Made by a program: the position numbers and the translations under genes
Notes under the pieces: model-generated
What the model was told of the DNA's origin: nothing
What the model saw: the letters and a program-made list of their open reading frames with translations, nothing else
Database searches by the model: none
Assembly: GCA_033765235.1 (NCBI GenBank)
Contig: JANRIG010000020.1
Coordinates: forward strand, 56,105 to 120,104
From: Cytophagales bacterium
Lineage (GTDB): Bacteria > Bacteroidota > Bacteroidia > Cytophagales > UBA9547
Direction of reading: 5' to 3'
Length of the DNA stretch: 64,000 nucleotides
Shown here: one piece after another, positions 61,709 through 64,000 of the stretch
Numbering within the stretch: the first letter of the stretch is position 1
How the letters are laid out: each line of letters opens with the position of its first letter

Positions 61709-63781
61709 TTATTTTTTATGGTTTGTTTTAGAATATTTTTTGCTTATATCGTCTTTGAGTATAGTCATTTCTACCCTACGGTTTAGTTTTCGTCCATCTT
61801 CACTGTCGTTGGGGGCTATGGGTACTTGCTCGCCATACCCTTTGGGTTTGAGCCTCCATGGGCGCACCCCGTGCGATACCAAATACTCTACCACACTGGT
61901 AGCTCTGTGTTGTGATAGTGACAGGTTAAATTCATCAGCACCTATGTCATCAGTATGGCCGCTTATTTCTATGACAGATTTATTTTGCTGTGCAAGTTGT
62001 GTAGCCAGCTTATTAAGTTCTATGTAGGAGGTAGAGTCTTTGATGGCCGATGTGCCAAACTCAAAGAGCAGGTTTGACAATACTGATACTTGACCTGAGT
62101 CTAAATAGGGTTCTATAGCGTATTTTTTTATATATCGTGCTAATATGGTTGTGTCTGTAAGGTCTATTTTATCCGTCACTTTAAAGTAGTTTGGAGCTTC
62201 CATTACTATATCATATTTTTCGCCTCTTTTGAGGGCAAAGGTATATATGCCTTTATCATTGTTGTACACGGTGGGGTAGTTGTAGCTTTTATCATTTTGA
62301 TTTTTGTACCTTAATATTCCCTTTACCGGCTTTTGGTCTCTTGCACTGAGCAATGTGGCTTTTACCAATACATATCCTTTTTGGTGCAGTTTGCGAGGGA
62401 TATTTATGGAGTATATATCTATATCGTTTTTTGCCGAGTCTATAGTTACGGTATTAAAATATGCCTCTGTACCAGTTCCTGATATGTAAAATCCGAAATC
62501 GTCTGTTTTGCTATTTACCTTAGCGCCTAAGTTTATGGGTTTGCTCCATTTTGTCCAAGTATCATCAAGGCGCTTCACCATGAATATGTCAAATCCTCCG
62601 TACCCCTCGTGGCCATTTGATGCGAAATATAGGGTGCTGTCATCAGAGGCAATATATGGAAAATCTTCTGCTTGCTCAGAGTTGATAGACAAGCCCATGT
62701 CTATGGGAGGTTCCCATGTTTTTTTAATTTTATTGTACAATGACACATACAAGTCTCTGTCGCCTTCGCTATCACTATCTTGCATAGATATAATGACAAC
62801 ATTTTCATTGGTATTGATACAGTAGTTTTCAAAGTCACTTTTGTTGTTGTGCAGTCGAGGTATTTTCACTTCTGTGGGTATAGACCAAGATCCGTCATTG
62901 TCTATTGCTGATACAGACAAACCCATGTCTGCAATTTCACCGTTTGGCTTGTAGGTATTGCCTACATACACTCTCTCCAAGTTAGGACTTATACCACATA
63001 CAAAATTTGTGCCTGCATTGTTGAGCGGCTTACCTATATTCACTGCCTCTTGCCATGATTTGGTACTGGCATTATAGTCTGAGTAATATATTTCTTGGTT
63101 GTTTTTACCGTTTTCTTCTCTCACAAAATACATCCTGCTATTATCTATAGCAATGATAGGGTTAAATTCGTAGGCGTTTTTGGAGTTTATGGTAGCCGGC
63201 AGCATTGTTTTGTCTTTGTAGAATATCAATGTACTATCTGTATTAGGCAATAGGCTCACTTTATCTGTACCGTTGTATATACCTACGCCTTTGATGAGAT
63301 TCCATTGATTTACTTTGCTGTGGTCTAATACTATGCGTATTCCATATACAGTTTCTAACCCTATGGGTATGTAAGTGTTCACATATTTTTGCCTGTTGTT
63401 ATCTCCTTTATAGGTATATACTTGTTTGTAAGACTTGTCTTTGAGTTGCACATATACTTTTTTTATTACCCCATCGTTCAATACTCCACCTACTATAAGT
63501 TGCTTTGCAGGTATCACTTTTTTGAAATAAAAATCTATAGTGTTGTTTTTTAGTTTATTTTTATAAAGAATGTAGCCTTCACAAAAATCGTCGGGCAGTG
63601 GTGTGTCAAGGTTATCCTTAGGGTACACTTTAGGAAACCCTATAATCATCTCAGGATAATTATCTTCGTACACCACATATTCGTTGGGTTTATATACTAC
63701 TTTATCTGCCCATTCAAAGGTAGTTTGTGCATACAACGGCACTACAACTATAATGAATAATATATACAACGCAACCTTCAT
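61709..63781 (-). CDS. OmpA-family peptidoglycan-binding protein with PD40/WD40-like repeats (PorE-like architecture)
   Basis: LYFASNGHEGYGGFDIF repeats; EISGHTD, NLSLSQHRA, GYGE, NRRVE motifs. Confidence 0.9.
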   Translation of the reverse strand: MKVALYILFIIVVVPLYAQTTFEWADKVVYKPNEYVVYEDNYPEMIIGFPKVYPKDNLDTPLPDDFCEGYILYKNKLKNNTIDFYFKKVIPAKQLIVGGVLNDGVIKKVYVQLKDKSYKQVYTYKGDNNRQKYVNTYIPIGLETVYGIRIVLDHSKVNQWNLIKGVGIYNGTDKVSLLPNTDSTLIFYKDKTMLPATINSKNAYEFNPIIAIDNSRMYFVREENGKNNQEIYYSDYNASTKSWQEAVNIGKPLNNAGTNFVCGISPNLERVYVGNTYKPNGEIADMGLSVSAIDNDGSWSIPTEVKIPRLHNNKSDFENYCINTNENVVIISMQDSDSEGDRDLYVSLYNKIKKTWEPPIDMGLSINSEQAEDFPYIASDDSTLYFASNGHEGYGGFDIFMVKRLDDTWTKWSKPINLGAKVNSKTDDFGFYISGTGTEAYFNTVTIDSAKNDIDIYSINIPRKLHQKGYVLVKATLLSARDQKPVKGILRYKNQNDKSYNYPTVYNNDKGIYTFALKRGEKYDIVMEAPNYFKVTDKIDLTDTTILARYIKKYAIEPYLDSGQVSVLSNLLFEFGTSAIKDSTSYIELNKLATQLAQQNKSVIEISGHTDDIGADEFNLSLSQHRATSVVEYLVSHGVRPWRLKPKGYGEQVPIAPNDSEDGRKLNRRVEMTILKDDISKKYSKTNHKK

Positions 63782-64000
63782 AATACATTAATACTGCAAA
63801 TTAATACGAAGTAACCTAAAAAATGTTTATATTAAATTAATATAAAAATCAGACTGTTAATATATTAGAACCAAGTGATTAAAGTGCCATGTGGATAAAA
63901 TATATGTATAAATAACTGACTATTAATATATTACAAAATTTATACTTATATAATACTTAAATATAAAAAAGTACATTACACCTAAAAAAATTAACACAAA

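Noticed and set aside
63890-63898. Perfect DnaA box TGTGGATAA in the AT-rich window end as oriC
   Set aside because: A single 9-mer is expected by chance in 64 kb, neighbouring boxes are degenerate, and the region is cut by the window edge, so it cannot be assessed.

Overview
AT-rich Bacteroidota chromosome segment, most likely Cytophagales (gldKLMN/porP T9SS-gliding core, TAnnTTTG promoters, lpxC-fabZ fusion, atp operon without atpDC). Most of the window (11-64 kb) is housekeeping: proS, recG, atpBEFHAG, cca, rplA-rplJ-rplL-rpoB, mazG, lpxD/lpxC-fabZ/lpxA, purQ, murA. The first ~10.8 kb looks like a sulfur-limitation module. It begins with a family 2A encapsulin shell (5' truncated), its cysteine desulfurase cargo and a serine acetyltransferase. 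A second unit follows, with a TAnnTTTG promoter, a predicted structured leader (two hairpins that both display ACGCCACC in their loops, closed by a basal stem), a 29-codon uORF with tandem Cys codons, an NTF2/SnoaL lipoprotein, an arylsulfatase with only 2 Met + 2 Cys in 773 aa, a tRNA-Cys(GCA) with a bulged acceptor stem, and DoxX. A TonB-dependent receptor and a DUF2490 barrel come next. The leader + Cys-Cys uORF + sulfur-sparing sulfatase + atypical tRNA-Cys combination is my best candidate for an undescribed cysteine-sensing sulfur-scavenging system; this is inference from manual reading, not from searches. Other oddities: the rif cluster lacks both rplK upstream and rpoC downstream, one gene is split by a single in-frame TAG, an orphan DUF2126 gene has a sigma54-like promoter, and a DeoR-type operator motif recurs 42 kb away. 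All assignments are by eye, without database searches.
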